Source: Vicugna vicugna
Lineage: Eukaryota
DNA: 64,000 nt
Direction of reading: 5' to 3'
NCBI GenBank assembly: GCA_013265495.1
Contig: MU058221.1
Coordinates: forward strand, 1,116,001 to 1,180,000
In this document: one piece after another, positions 25,501 through 37,418 of the stretch
Position numbering within the stretch: the first letter of the stretch is position 1
Layout: each line of letters starts with the position of its first letter
The notes under the pieces: generated by a model
The model's input: only the letters and a program-made list of their open reading frames with translations
Told to the model about the DNA's origin: nothing
Databases searched by the model: none
Program-made: the position numbers and the translations under genes

Positions 25501-26990
25501 CACCTGGCCCATGGGCATCCTCACCACTCTGCATAGCTCACCCACACGTGCCCCCACCTGGGCCTGGCACGCAGTGCATGCTCCAAACAGTGGCAAGAGT
25601 AAGCTCTGACAGACAGCAAGTGAGTACACATAGAAAGCTAGCCTGAATCTACAGGCTAGAGATGAACTACAAACTTGATCTCCTCTCTAGGGAAAGCAAA
25701 GAGGAGGCTGTCAGCACTTGGCCTGGTGTCTTGCAGGATTGATAGAAGGCATATTAAGTGTAAGAATTCTTCCAAGTGGATGAAATGGTCACTAAGCACA
25801 TTTGCAGGAAAGTCCATGCAACAGCATTAGACTATCTTCTCTTCTCAAATAAACATCAAACACTGTCCAGGATAGATCATACGATAGATCACAAAACAAG
25901 CCCAAGCAAATTTAAGGTCAAAAACATACCACTATCTTTTTTGACTACAATGGTATAAATCCCAAAATTAACCAGAGAAAAATTAGAAAACTCACAAATA
26001 TGTGAAATTAAAAAACATTCTTGAACAAAGGATCAAAAAAAGTCACGAGAAATCAAAAAAATCTTGAAACAAAGAAAAATGGAAACACAATATATCAAAA
26101 GTTATGGGATGCAGGGAAAGGACTTTTTAATGGGGACATTAATAGCGATAAATGCCTAAATTTAAAAATATATATATATCAATAAGCATCTTAACTTTAT
26201 GCCTTAATGGAATAGAAAAAGAGGAGCAAATTAAGCTGAAGGTTAGCAGAGGATAAAAATAACAGAATAAATATAGGTAAAATAAAGACCAGAACATCAG
26301 TAGAAAAGATTGATGAAATTAAGGGTTGATTATTTGAAAGAAAAACAAAGTTTACAAATCTTTAACGGAACTAATGGACAGAGAAGACTCGACATCAGAA
26401 ATGGAGACATTATGACTGATTTCACAGATGTACAAGGTATTATAAGAGACTGCTATGTACAATTTTACACTCACAAATTAGACAACCTAGAAGAAATGGA
26501 TATATTCCTAGAAACATACAAGACAGAATCATGAAGATACAGAAAATACAAACAGACTAACCACAGTTAAGGAGACTGAAGTGGAATTCAAAAACTCCAA
26601 ACCAAGAATAGTCCAGGATCAGAAGGTTTCCTTGGTGATTTCTACCAAACATTTAAAGAAGGATTGATGTCAATTTTTCTCAGCCTCTTCCAAAAAAAAC
26701 TGAAAAGGAGAGAACATTACTAAACTTATGGGAATGAGGCCAAACTTATCTTGGTTCTAAGCTAGATAAGAAAAATACAAGAAAAGAAAAGAACAAGCCA
26801 ATATCTCTGATGAATATAGAAGTGAAAATCTTCAGCAAATATTAGCAAACTGAATTAAACAATGTATTAAAAAAATTATACATCATGATCAAGTGGGATT
26901 TAACTCTGACATGCACTTAACTCTGACATTGTTCAACGTATGCAAATTAATAAATGTGCTACACCACATGAATAGAGTGAAAGGTGAAAT

Positions 26991-27546
26991 TGAGGTAGGA
27001 AGCCCCATAAAAAAGACCAGCAGGACCCCCAGGCAGGGCCACTACTCTCCTGCCAGCACCATCCGGTTCCCTGGCCCAGCGGCTCTATTTCACTTTTTGC
27101 CTCTAAAACAGCTTACTTCTAGGAAAGCAGAACTTACCCCTAAAATTCTATTGGTTCCCTGATTTTACTCCTGATTGGTTATTTCCTTCATTCCTGAGTG
27201 ATCCATTTCCCTAACTGCTGACTGGTCCATTTGTAGTACTTCATTTGCATGGAGCTCGCTCCTGATTGGTTATTTCTCTCCCTCCTGATTGGTCCATTTC
27301 TACAAAGCTTGTTCCTAATTAGTCAAATTTGTTATACCTTATTTGCATACGATGTTGCAAAGTGTAAACTGGTGGCCTATAAAAGCCTGTGTAAACCTAC
27401 AGACGGGGTCTAGAGCTTGGAGTGTTAACTCTTCTGGGCCCACTGATGTAATAAACCTGAGTTCTACAACTCTCCAAGCGCTGTTTGGTCTCTCGCCCAG
27501 ATCCAGGTTGCTGTAACACTGAGCTGTAACACGTTTTTCTGCAACA
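26991..27546 (+). mobile_element. Solo LTR (ERV1-class) inserted in L1
   Basis: TG...CA ends; 4-bp TSD AAAT (26987-26990 and 27547-27550); TATAAAA near 27378; AATAAA near 27450. The L1 sequence resumes exactly after it. Confidence 0.92.
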
Positions 27547-28349
27547 AAATGATATGATCATCTCAAGAAATAAAGCAAACACGTTTGACAAAATACAACA
27601 TTCATTTATGATGAAACTTCTCAAAAAATTGTGTGTAAGAGAAATGAAATATACCTCAACATATTAAGTCATACATAGCAAGCCTAGGGCTAACATTATA
27701 CTCAATGGTAAAGAAAGCTTTTCCTCTAAGATCAGGAAAAAGACAAAGGGCGCCAAGTGTCACCATTTTAACTCAACATCTTACTTGAAATCTTAGAGCA
27801 GTCAGGCAAGAAGAAGACGTGAAAGACATACAGAAAGGACAAGCAAAACTGTCTCTCTTTGCTGATGATATAACATATATATAGAAAATCCTACAGATTC
27901 CACCAAAATACGTCAGAACCACTAATCAAATCTAGTAAAGGTACTGAATACAAAGCCACTATCCAAATATATTGCATTTCTACATACTTACAGTGAAATA
28001 TCTGAGAAAAATAAAATAAGAAATTCCACTTACAATAGCATTAAAAGCATTATAATTCTTAGCATAAATTTAACCAAGGAGGTGAGAACTCTGTACACTA
28101 TTAAATACAGGACTGTGATAAAAGTAATTGAGGAAGACACAAGTAAGTGGAAAGATATTCCATGTTCATGAATTAGAAAACATCGATATTATTAAAATAC
28201 TCATACTACACTAAGCCATCTCTAAATTCGATTCAATCTAAAGTACAATTCCAATGACATTTTTCACAGAAATTAAGAAAGAAAATTTTAAAATTTATAT
28301 GGACTCACTAAAAACCCTGAGTAGTCAAAGGAATCCTCAAAAGGAAAAT

Positions 28350-28484
28350 GGTGGGGGGGGATAATTCAGTGGTAACGGGCTTGCTTGGCACACACGAGGT
28401 CCTGGGTTCAATCCCCGGTACTTCCATTAAAAATAAATGAACCTAATTACTTCCTGCTCCCCTACAAAAAAAAAAAAAAAAAAA
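28350..28484 (+). mobile_element. tRNA-derived SINE (camelid-type)
   Basis: 'ataattcagtggta...cgaggtcctgggttcaatccccggtacttcc...acctaattac' followed by an A19 tail. Confidence 0.9.
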
Positions 28485-30689
28485 CAGGATAAAATATATA
28501 CACAGACCAATGCACCAGATCAGGAGACAAGACATAAACCCTGGGCTACATGTAACAAGTAGTTCACAGCCACAAATATTCAATGTGGAAAAAAAGTCTG
28601 TTTAACAGACAGTGTTGAGAAAACTGCATGACCACATACAAAAGAATGAAATTAGATCCCTCTGTGCCATCACTCACAAAAATTAACTTAGAATGGATTA
28701 AAGACACAAAGAGAAGACTTGACACTATAAAACTCCTAAGAGAAAACAGGGAGAAAATCTTAACATTGGTCTTGGCAATGATTTTTTGACAATGACACCA
28801 AAAGCTCAGGACACAAAAGCAAAAATAATTAAGTGTGACTCCATCAAAATAAGAAGCCAGTGCACAGCAAAAACAAACCTGCAATCTGCAGAATGCAAGA
28901 AAATAATTGCAAACTGTATGTCTGTTAAGGTTTAATATCCGAAATATGTAAGAAGCGTGTACAACTCAATAGCAAAAAAAAAAAAAATCTGATTAAAAAT
29001 GGGCAGATTATCAGATTAGATATTTTTCTGGAAAAGAATACAAACAGCTAACAGATTAATGAGAGGTGCTTAGTCACCAATCATGCAAATTAAAATCACA
29101 ATGAGATATCATCTCACAGCTGTACAATAGCTATTGCCAAAAGGACAAGAGGTAAATTGTTGGTAAATTTGTGAAAACAAAAAAAGACTCATGCGCTGTT
29201 GGTGGAGATATAAATTGTTGGAGAAAATAATTGTTACCTTGTTATGGAAAGAAGTATGAAGGACTGTCAAAAAACTGAAGCTGGAGCTCTCATATAATCC
29301 GGCAGTCTCCCTTCTGGGCATGTAGCCAAAGGCCATGAAAACAGAGTCTTGGTGAAGCATCTGTCCTCCCATGTTCATTGCCGCGCTAGTCACAACAGCA
29401 ATATTTAAGAATGATATTCAGCCATGAGGAAGAAAATAAGCCTGCCATTTGCAACAATGTGAATACAATTTGAGAGCATATAAGGGAAATAACTCAGAAA
29501 AAGGAAAAGACTGAATGCTGTCACTTAATTTGGGAAAAAAAACTGAATTCATAGCAAAAGGAAATGAAACGGTCGCCAGGGGCTTGGGGGTGGAGAAATG
29601 GGGAGCTGTTGTTCAGAGTGTAAACTTCCAGTTTATAAAATGAGTAAGTTCTGAAACACTAGTGTACAGCATAGTGACTATACTGACAATGCTGTGTTAT
29701 ATCGTGCTATTATGTGCTGTGACGCAGGAGTTAACCAGCCGCACGGAGGTAACAAGATAGCAATATATAAATGTGTAAATCATATCTTCATACACCTTAA
29801 ACCTACATAATATTATATATCAATTATATCTCAATAAATCTGGGTAGAAAAAAAGATATATTTTGAATTGCAAAAACTAAAAAAAAGAAGAAAAATCAAA
29901 TTATAGTACATTAATAAAAGAAGTTACCACTTAGCTAGTACTTTTTAAAATGATAAATGATAAAGTTGAAGAATTAATGAAAAAACAACCCTCTTACTAT
30001 TTTATTTTAGCCTTAAACATCTTTATTGCCATTATTGTTTTAGTGATTTTTATCTTTTAATCAAAATGACATGCAGGTTAATTATGGAAACTTTAACAAT
30101 CACAGTAAGCGTAAAAAGGAAAATTAAAATCACTTAGCTCAAAACCGCTGTAAATATATGTGCATATATATGCATGCATATGTGTACAAAATACACAGAA
30201 ATAGAAATGAGTACAAGTCTAAGGTAAATTAGGAAAATAATACCATTTTAAGACATATTTTCTTTCTTATGATCAACTATCCAACCATTTATTTTAAACA
30301 AAAATATCAAGATATATTGCATTTTTGAAACAGGAAATAGATGTTTAAATGAAATCATAAAGGTATCGTTTGTGCTTACATCAAGTATCATGTGATAACT
30401 GAGAAGAACAAAATCATTTTTTACCCTGATTTTTTTGTGAAGCCTGAAAAATCACAAACTACATTTATTTAAAAAAAATAGTTCCAATATTACACAATCA
30501 CATGTAAACATAATTGCCACTGTCCCTTTTTAGAAGACAAAATATTTGGGGGCAGACTTACTGAGGAATTAGTAACATGAAAGGAGTCCTAATTAGAAAT
30601 GAAAATATAATTCTGTTTTCCTTGAGGAACAAACAAAATTCATCAAGGATGAGATGTCCTTGGGTGGTGCAGGAGCTTTTAGGTGAAAA

Positions 30690-31473
30690 TTGGCCAAGGT
30701 GGCAAAGTAAGAAGACCTTGAGATCACATCTTCCCTTGGGCACATCAAAATTACATCAAAAACTATTTACGGAGCATCTGTTGGTGTATACAACGTAAAG
30801 ATTAGCAGGCAAACTCCTCTAAAATGAAAGACATGAATTAGAAAGAAGGAGTCAGATGGGAGGGGACTGGTGCTGGTGAGCATCATTTTGAAATTCCCCT
30901 TCAGTACAGCCCCTGCCAATCGGCAGGCCTGCACCAGCCTCAGGGCACTGGCCTTCCAGCCAGCGAGCTGGCACCAGCTTCGAGAAACACTGGGCCCCTT
31001 GGCCAGCCACCCCGGAACCAGCTCCACTCATCAGCCGGCCAGCACTGGCTTTGGGACAGCCTGGAACATGCAGCCAGCCGTGTTAGGAACCAGCCTCGCC
31101 CACCAGCAAGCAGACAGTAGATCTGGGAATCGTAGCCACTCAGCCACCTACTCGAGAGCCCTGTTCAACCAACAGGGATCCTGCATTAGTCCTGGATTCC
31201 CCAGGGCTTGGAGCCGGCCCCCTCGTGACTGAGTCAATCCAATAAATCAGATAGAACGTTTGTAAATATATATGCACCCAACATAAGAGCACTTAAATGT
31301 ATGAAGCAAATATTAACAGACATAAATGGAGAAATTGGCAGTAACACAATAATATAGGGGGTTTTAACACACTACATACATCAATGGACAGATTGTCCAG
31401 ACAGAAAGTCAGCAAGGAAACACAGGCCATAAATGATACATTAGAACAAATGAACTTTATACCTCTCTATATC

Positions 31474-31520
<47 letters not shown>

Positions 31521-33275
31521 GCAGACAGACATATAGCAGATAGCAGAATATACATTCTTTTCAGTTGCACTTAGAACATTCTCCAGGGTAGATCCGTGCT
31601 AGGCCACAAAGCAAGTCTCGTAAATTTAAGAAAATTGAAGCCATATCAAGCATCATTTCTGACCGCAGTGCTGTGTGACCAGAAACCAACTACAAGGAAG
31701 AAACAGCGCAAAACACACAAACCAGCCAAGGGCAAGCGATACATGTAGACCAGCGGAGCAAAAAACAGAGTGCCCGGAAAGGAAGCCACACTTCCGTGAC
31801 CAAATAATCTGTGACAAAGGAAGCAAGAAAGCCCAACAGGGTAAAATCACCCTTTTCAATACCTGTTGGGAAAACTGGACAGCCACATGCAAAAAAGGGT
31901 CAAACTGGACTACTTCCTCATTTATACACAAAAATAAACTCACAATGGATTAAGACCTTAAGTGATAAGTTCTAAAAACCTAAGACTCCTAGAAGAAACT
32001 ATTGGCAGAACACTCTGTGACATGATTCTTAGTAATATCTTTCTGGATATGTCTCCTCAGGCAAGGGAGGCAAAAGCAAAAATAGACAAATGGGAATACG
32101 TCAAGCTGAAAGGCAGTGAAGGAACCAGTGAACAAAGCAAAAGGGCCACCTATGAAACGGGAGAAGATATTTGCAAACGACATATGAAATAAGGGGTTAA
32201 TATCTAGACCATACTAATAACTCATACAACTCAATATCTTAAAAAATCTTGATTGAAGATGGGAAGGAGACAAATAGGAATTTTCCAAAGACATGCAGGT
32301 GACCAACGAGCACATGAAAAGATGATCAACGTCACTAATCTAATGAGAGGTAGTAACTCACTGTGCTTTTAGCTTGCGTTTCTCTCTTACCTCTCACCTG
32401 TCAGAATGGCTGTCACCTGACAAATAACAAACACTGGCAAGAACATGGAGTGAAGGAAACCCTTGTGCACCCTGATGGGAGTGTAAGTTGGTGGGCCACT
32501 TTGGAAGCCAGTATAAAGGGCCCTCAAAACATTAAAAAATTGAACTTCTATACTATCCAGCAATTCTACTCCTGGCTATTTATCTGAAGAAAGGAAGGCG
32601 CTAATTTGAAAAGATACGTCCACATGGTGGAGGGGGTGATGAGATGTGTGAAACAGGTGAGGGAAACTAAGGGGGCAGGCTTCTTATTGCAAAATAAATG
32701 AGTCACAGATATGAAATATACAGTCTGGGGAACAAAGTCAATACTAATGCAACATCTTTGTGTGGTGACAGGCGGTAAGTCGGATTACGGCGGTGATCGT
32801 TTAGAAACGTACAGAAATACTGAAGCTCTGTGCTGTGCACCAGGGAGCAACATAGTGTTGTGGGTCAATTCTACTTCAATGGCAAACAAATAAACACATA
32901 GGAAAAGAAATCAGACGTGTGCTCTGCAGAGGCTGGGGCACGAGGGAAGAGAGAGTTGAATGAAGGTGGCCAAAGGTAAAACCTTTGAGTTACAACATAA
33001 GCAAGCACTGGGGATGTCATGTGCAACACAATTAGTATAATTAGCACTGCTCTATGTTATGCATAAAAGTTGTTCAGGGAGTAAATCCAAGAGGCATCAT
33101 CGTGAGGAGAAAAAAATTACTTTTTAATTTTGCATCTGTATAATGGATAATGGACAGTCACTAAACTTACAGTCGTAATTATTTCACACTGGACGGTAGG
33201 TCCGTCCATTACGCTACACCTTACTTACACAGTACTGTATGTGAACTATATCTCAATAAAACTGGAAGGAAAAAT
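30690..33275 (+). mobile_element. Internally deleted L1 (5'UTR, ORF2 pieces, 3'UTR)
   Basis: The 5'UTR-like start 'ggccaaggtggcaaagtaagaagaccttgag' is followed by a GC-rich UTR, an endonuclease piece ('gtaaatatatatgcacccaac'), ORFs DQIICDKGSK..LFNTCWENW and FLDMSPQAREAKAKIDKWEYVKLK, and a 3' end 'tctcaataaaactggaaggaaaaa'. Confidence 0.88.
31475..31520. repeat. (GATA)n microsatellite
   Basis: Directly visible. Confidence 0.95.
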
Positions 33276-34499
33276 ACATTTTATGTTCTCTATCTTTAAA
33301 AATACACATTTGCTTTCTGATGATAAGATTTTAAGTAATTTCTCCTTCTTTGACTTTTTCTATTTTTATGGTTTCAAATTAATCTGTGCTGCATGATCAA
33401 TAATTTATAAACTCACCTGAAAAACAAGGAAAGGATTAAGTAAAATGTCAACTTACAGTTGAAAGTTCATAAAATCAGAAAGTTCAATCACTAAATCTCT
33501 CTCTATGCTACAATCATCTTGTTAAAATATAATGATGTCAGCGTAATTCACACTTTGCTTTTTCGCATCAAAAAGATAATATATGTATGTTTATCTCCAA
33601 TTTTAGAGAAATGCATTTTGGGCACTTTATCCCTTTGTGGCTGTTCTGGGTTCTAAGGAAGTGACTTTTTTTAGTGATAAAGGCCAATCCTGTCAGTAGA
33701 ATAATAATTAGACTATATTCTACCACAAGAAATGCTTGCTGCTTTTTAAAACACTTCCTTGCGAAGGTTTCCATACAAAAACGGGTTTTCTCCCTCTGAG
33801 GCTGTGTTTCACAAGGGTTAGGGGAGCAGGTGTCCTTTCTTTCGATACCTGCCACGAAATAACCCGCACTGGGTCGTCCTCCGCACCGTTTCTGCCAGTC
33901 ACTGTGCACAGTAGTAACCATGAGACGCAACCCGAGTGTTGCCACTGGGAAGAGACTCCAACGTCACCTTCCAACACTGTCGTAACTCCTTCCATAAAGG
34001 GTTCAGCGCTGAGCTCATCTGGGGAAGGAAAGCTGCTAAGCCATCTTCACTTAGTAACCCCTGCGGGCAGCTGACATGCTACAGTGGAACTATTGCAAAA
34101 ATGACTCATAAGATAAATTAATATGTTTGCCCTGAAGAATAGGATGCTTAATTCTCAACAGCTTCTTCTCATTCACTATTTCTCCTTAGGAGAATACTGG
34201 TTGATTTGCATATGCATATTTTAATCATCACGTTTGTCAACTAATTAGTGATCAACTATTGTTTACCTTTAACTTTATAAAGGTACAGGTTTATACCAAG
34301 AGTAAAACGTGTATTGCAAATCAGATGCGATTAAATATAATTAGCATTAAAAAAATCTTTCAGATAATCATTTTCTGAATCCACCTACAAATACAATCAG
34401 TGACAATAAAATTCCAAACAATAAATATAAAAAATAAATGTTGATGCAAACTTAGTTAAGAGTGCTTGGACAATATGTATGGAGGACTGAAATCAGTAC

Positions 34500-34902
34500 A
34501 GCTGCCTGTACCTGTGCTGAACAGCACTGTACCGCATCCACTCCTTAGCTTAAAACGCTAGGGAAAGCAGGACCTGCTTCTCGAAGATGTGACAGTGAGC
34601 CAACTAAAACAGTTCTCTTATCAGGACCAACAGCTCGCTTAGGATTTCCTTCAAGACCCTTGTTTCATATTGCATCCCAAAGTCTGCCGAGCCTCAGCCA
34701 GCTTTGCACGTTGCAATTTTTACCTTAACATCACACGACTCAGATTCTCAAACTCTGTAAATACACGCCCCTCGCTCCCTGCGCCTGAAACGCTCTTTGT
34801 CAAGTTGGTGTCTTCCCTTCTTGCGGTAAGTCTGATAAACTCAGCTTTGCTTAATGAGCAGTTTCTCCTGGTGGTCTTTTTTTTGGGGGGGGAAGCGTCA
34901 AC
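34500..34902 (+). mobile_element. Old ERV solo-LTR fragment
   Basis: LTR-like R/U5 end ('gcggtaagtctgataaactcagctttgc...gtcaaca') and an upstream TATA-like 'ctgtaaata'. The 5' boundary is uncertain. Confidence 0.5.
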
Positions 34903-35019
34903 AGCTTCAAAGCATTACATGAAGCATGACATAGAACTAAGGATTCTGTACCCACGAACGTATCTTTAGAAAAGACTCCAAGTTCATTCCATAGACGTGT
35001 TCGGCTTCCAAGGTGTCAC

Positions 35020-36215
35020 ATTAAGTCTTTTATCCTCTTACTTGACTTGTCAGGGATGTTGGCCCTGTTTCTGTTACCAATCTCTTAATGTCGTGCGTGT
35101 TCGAAGTCATTCCCATTGTCATCTCCTCTCGTCTGTCTCCATCCAGCGGATCATCATTTTATTCAGTTAAGCGGCTTTATGGTTAAATATTTGCCAAGAA
35201 TATCAAAGGTATACCTTTCGGCTAGTTCTCTCTCCTTAAAGCCAGATGCTTATGTCCAAATACCCACTTACATCTCCACTAAGATATCTCAGAGTTATTT
35301 TAAACACACACACACACACACACACACTCCACAATACAGCCTTCTCCACTTTAACAGCTGACAATTCCTTCCTTGCAACGGCTCAGGACAAAACGTTTGA
35401 GTCATCTTTGTCTCCCCTATTTCTCTTGTACTGTATCTAATCTGCCAAAAATTCCAGTTGGATTTACTTTAAAAATATATGGTGATACCATGGTTACCGA
35501 CACCAGCACAGCTCTGATCGAAGCCATTCCCCCTCCGCTGCTGATGCTCTGCTCTGCTCCTTCCCTGGCCCCAGACGTTCTGTTATCAGCACAGAAGCTG
35601 TGCTGATCCGTTTCAACATGGGAGGAAGACTGTGTCACTTTCCTATTCGAATAATTTAATCTTTTCATTTTTATTCAGAAAAAAAATTGAAAATCCATAA
35701 AGTAACCTTAATGCCCTGAATCATTTGACCCCTGTTACCTCTCTGCCCTCACTTCTTTCTGTCTTGCTGATACAGCTTCTGTCTCAATGACTTCCCTGCT
35801 GTTCCTCAGACACACCAGTCATATCCCGCCTCAGGCATTTTTCACTGTTTGTTCTTTTTTTGCCGGTTTTGTTCTTCCCCCCAATATTTGCACGTGTATC
35901 ACTTGGTTGACAGGTCCTGGCCCCACAGCCTTACATACAATGGCCACCACTTTTCATTCCCACACCTCTCATTCCCTTTTTTTCCCCTATATTTTTCACA
36001 TTCTCACGCGCCATTGCATTTAGTTGTTTTGTATTTATTTTACAACATTTATTTTCTGGCCTTCCCCCATTTCGCCTTACCTCACCATTTCAGTACAAAG
36101 TGCATATGTGGCAAGTATTATAATTTGTTGTATTTCTGTTGCACTCCAAACGCTAAAAACTCTGCCCAACACATATCACAGAAAGAATACATGATTGATG
36201 AATTGCTGAATAAAT
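35020..36215 (+). mobile_element. L2 LINE 3' region
   Basis: 'atgtccaaatacccacttacatctccactaagatatctc' and 'cttccctgctgttcctcagacacacc' are L2-like; ends 'ttgatgaattgctgaataaat'. Confidence 0.75.
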
Positions 36216-37012
36216 CATACTAATTAACAGCAAAAATCATAATGTCTGCTATAAGCATAATTAGTTTTTTTAATATTTGTTTGAAGAAGTGAGTGGCTGC
36301 CCTCTTAAGGCTTTCCAATTTGTTATCCTGAAGCAAGAATAAAGTCCAGGGAAATTTTTACCTCCATAAAAGAGAAAAATTCCCTGACATAAAAAAAAAA
36401 AAACAAAGCTTAACCTTTGAAGGACTGTCAGTGTATCCAAACATCCCACAAGAAAATAATAATCAGATTATGTCCAACCCAAAATGTACATCCCCACAGG
36501 AAACAAAGATACACAAGCAATAGTTTGAGTCACGTCAATGGAGGAACAAGAACAAGAAAAAAGGATGACGGATTAGCCCTCTTACGGACCGAGTGCACAG
36601 AAGTATTTCAACAGGAAAAATATTATAAAGGCAGGAATGCCAAAAAGTAATGATTTTTCTGAGATTTTAATTCCACATATTCATAAGGTCTACAGACCAT
36701 TCAACTTCAGTGTTTGCAGTCAAATTCCTAATAATGAGAAGCTTGACAAACATTTTGAAGGCTTTTGAAAAAGTATCTGGAGGAAAAAATGCGGAATACG
36801 CTGAGAAATTTCTGAAAAAAAAAAAAACCAGAAAACAGGGTTGTAAACATATTATTTTCTAACAAAACAAAAGAGAGGGTACAGATCTTTACATGTTTTT
36901 GCGTGCACAGATACACATGTATGTAGACCCAACTCAACCAAAATGAAGTGTTCTGTGTGTTTGGTCTAACACCCAACTCCTCCAGGGTTCCACAAGCCAT
37001 CAAGGTAGCACA

Positions 37013-37418
37013 TGGTCACCAGGGAAGGAGGGGGGGAGGGAAGGGTAAATGGCAAGTCTGGGATTAGCTTATACAAACTGCTATGTGCAGAACTTATAAA
37101 CAGCAGAGTCCTACTGGATAGTACAGGGGAAAATATTTGGTGGCTTGCAGTAACCTGTAAAGAAAACAGAAGATGAAAAAAGAATATATATACATACATA
37201 ATATATATAAATATATATATATATTTATATATAAATACAAAATTCTTATATATATATATTTATATATATATATATAATTTTATATAAATATAAAATTCTT
37301 ATATATATTTATATAATATGTAAATATAAAATTATAATTGAATTACTATGCTGTACACCAGAAAGTAACGTTGTAAATCAAAAATTAAAAGCGCATATGA
37401 AAAAAAAACAAACAAAAG
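37013..37418 (+). mobile_element. L1 3'UTR (artiodactyl/camelid-type), 5'-truncated, with internal AT-rich repeat
   Basis: 'gggattagcttatacaaactgctat...aaacagcagagtcctactggatagtacaggg...tatgctgtacaccagaaa' plus an A-rich tail. Degenerate TSD: aaggtagcacat / aagatagtgcat. Confidence 0.85.

Larger units (their letters stand above)
25815..29855 (+). mobile_element. 5'-truncated L1 (L1MA-like) ORF2 + 3'UTR, interrupted by a solo LTR and a SINE
   Basis: ORFs include LSRIDHTIDHKTS (endonuclease) and IIRDCYVQFYTHKLDNLEEMDIFLETY. The 3'UTR ends 'tatctcaataaatctgggtagaaaaaa'. Confidence 0.92.

Noticed and set aside
27140..27300. CRISPR-like repeat-spacer array (also 12975-13085)
   Set aside because: Short degenerate repeats inside transposable elements in mammalian DNA, with no cas genes.
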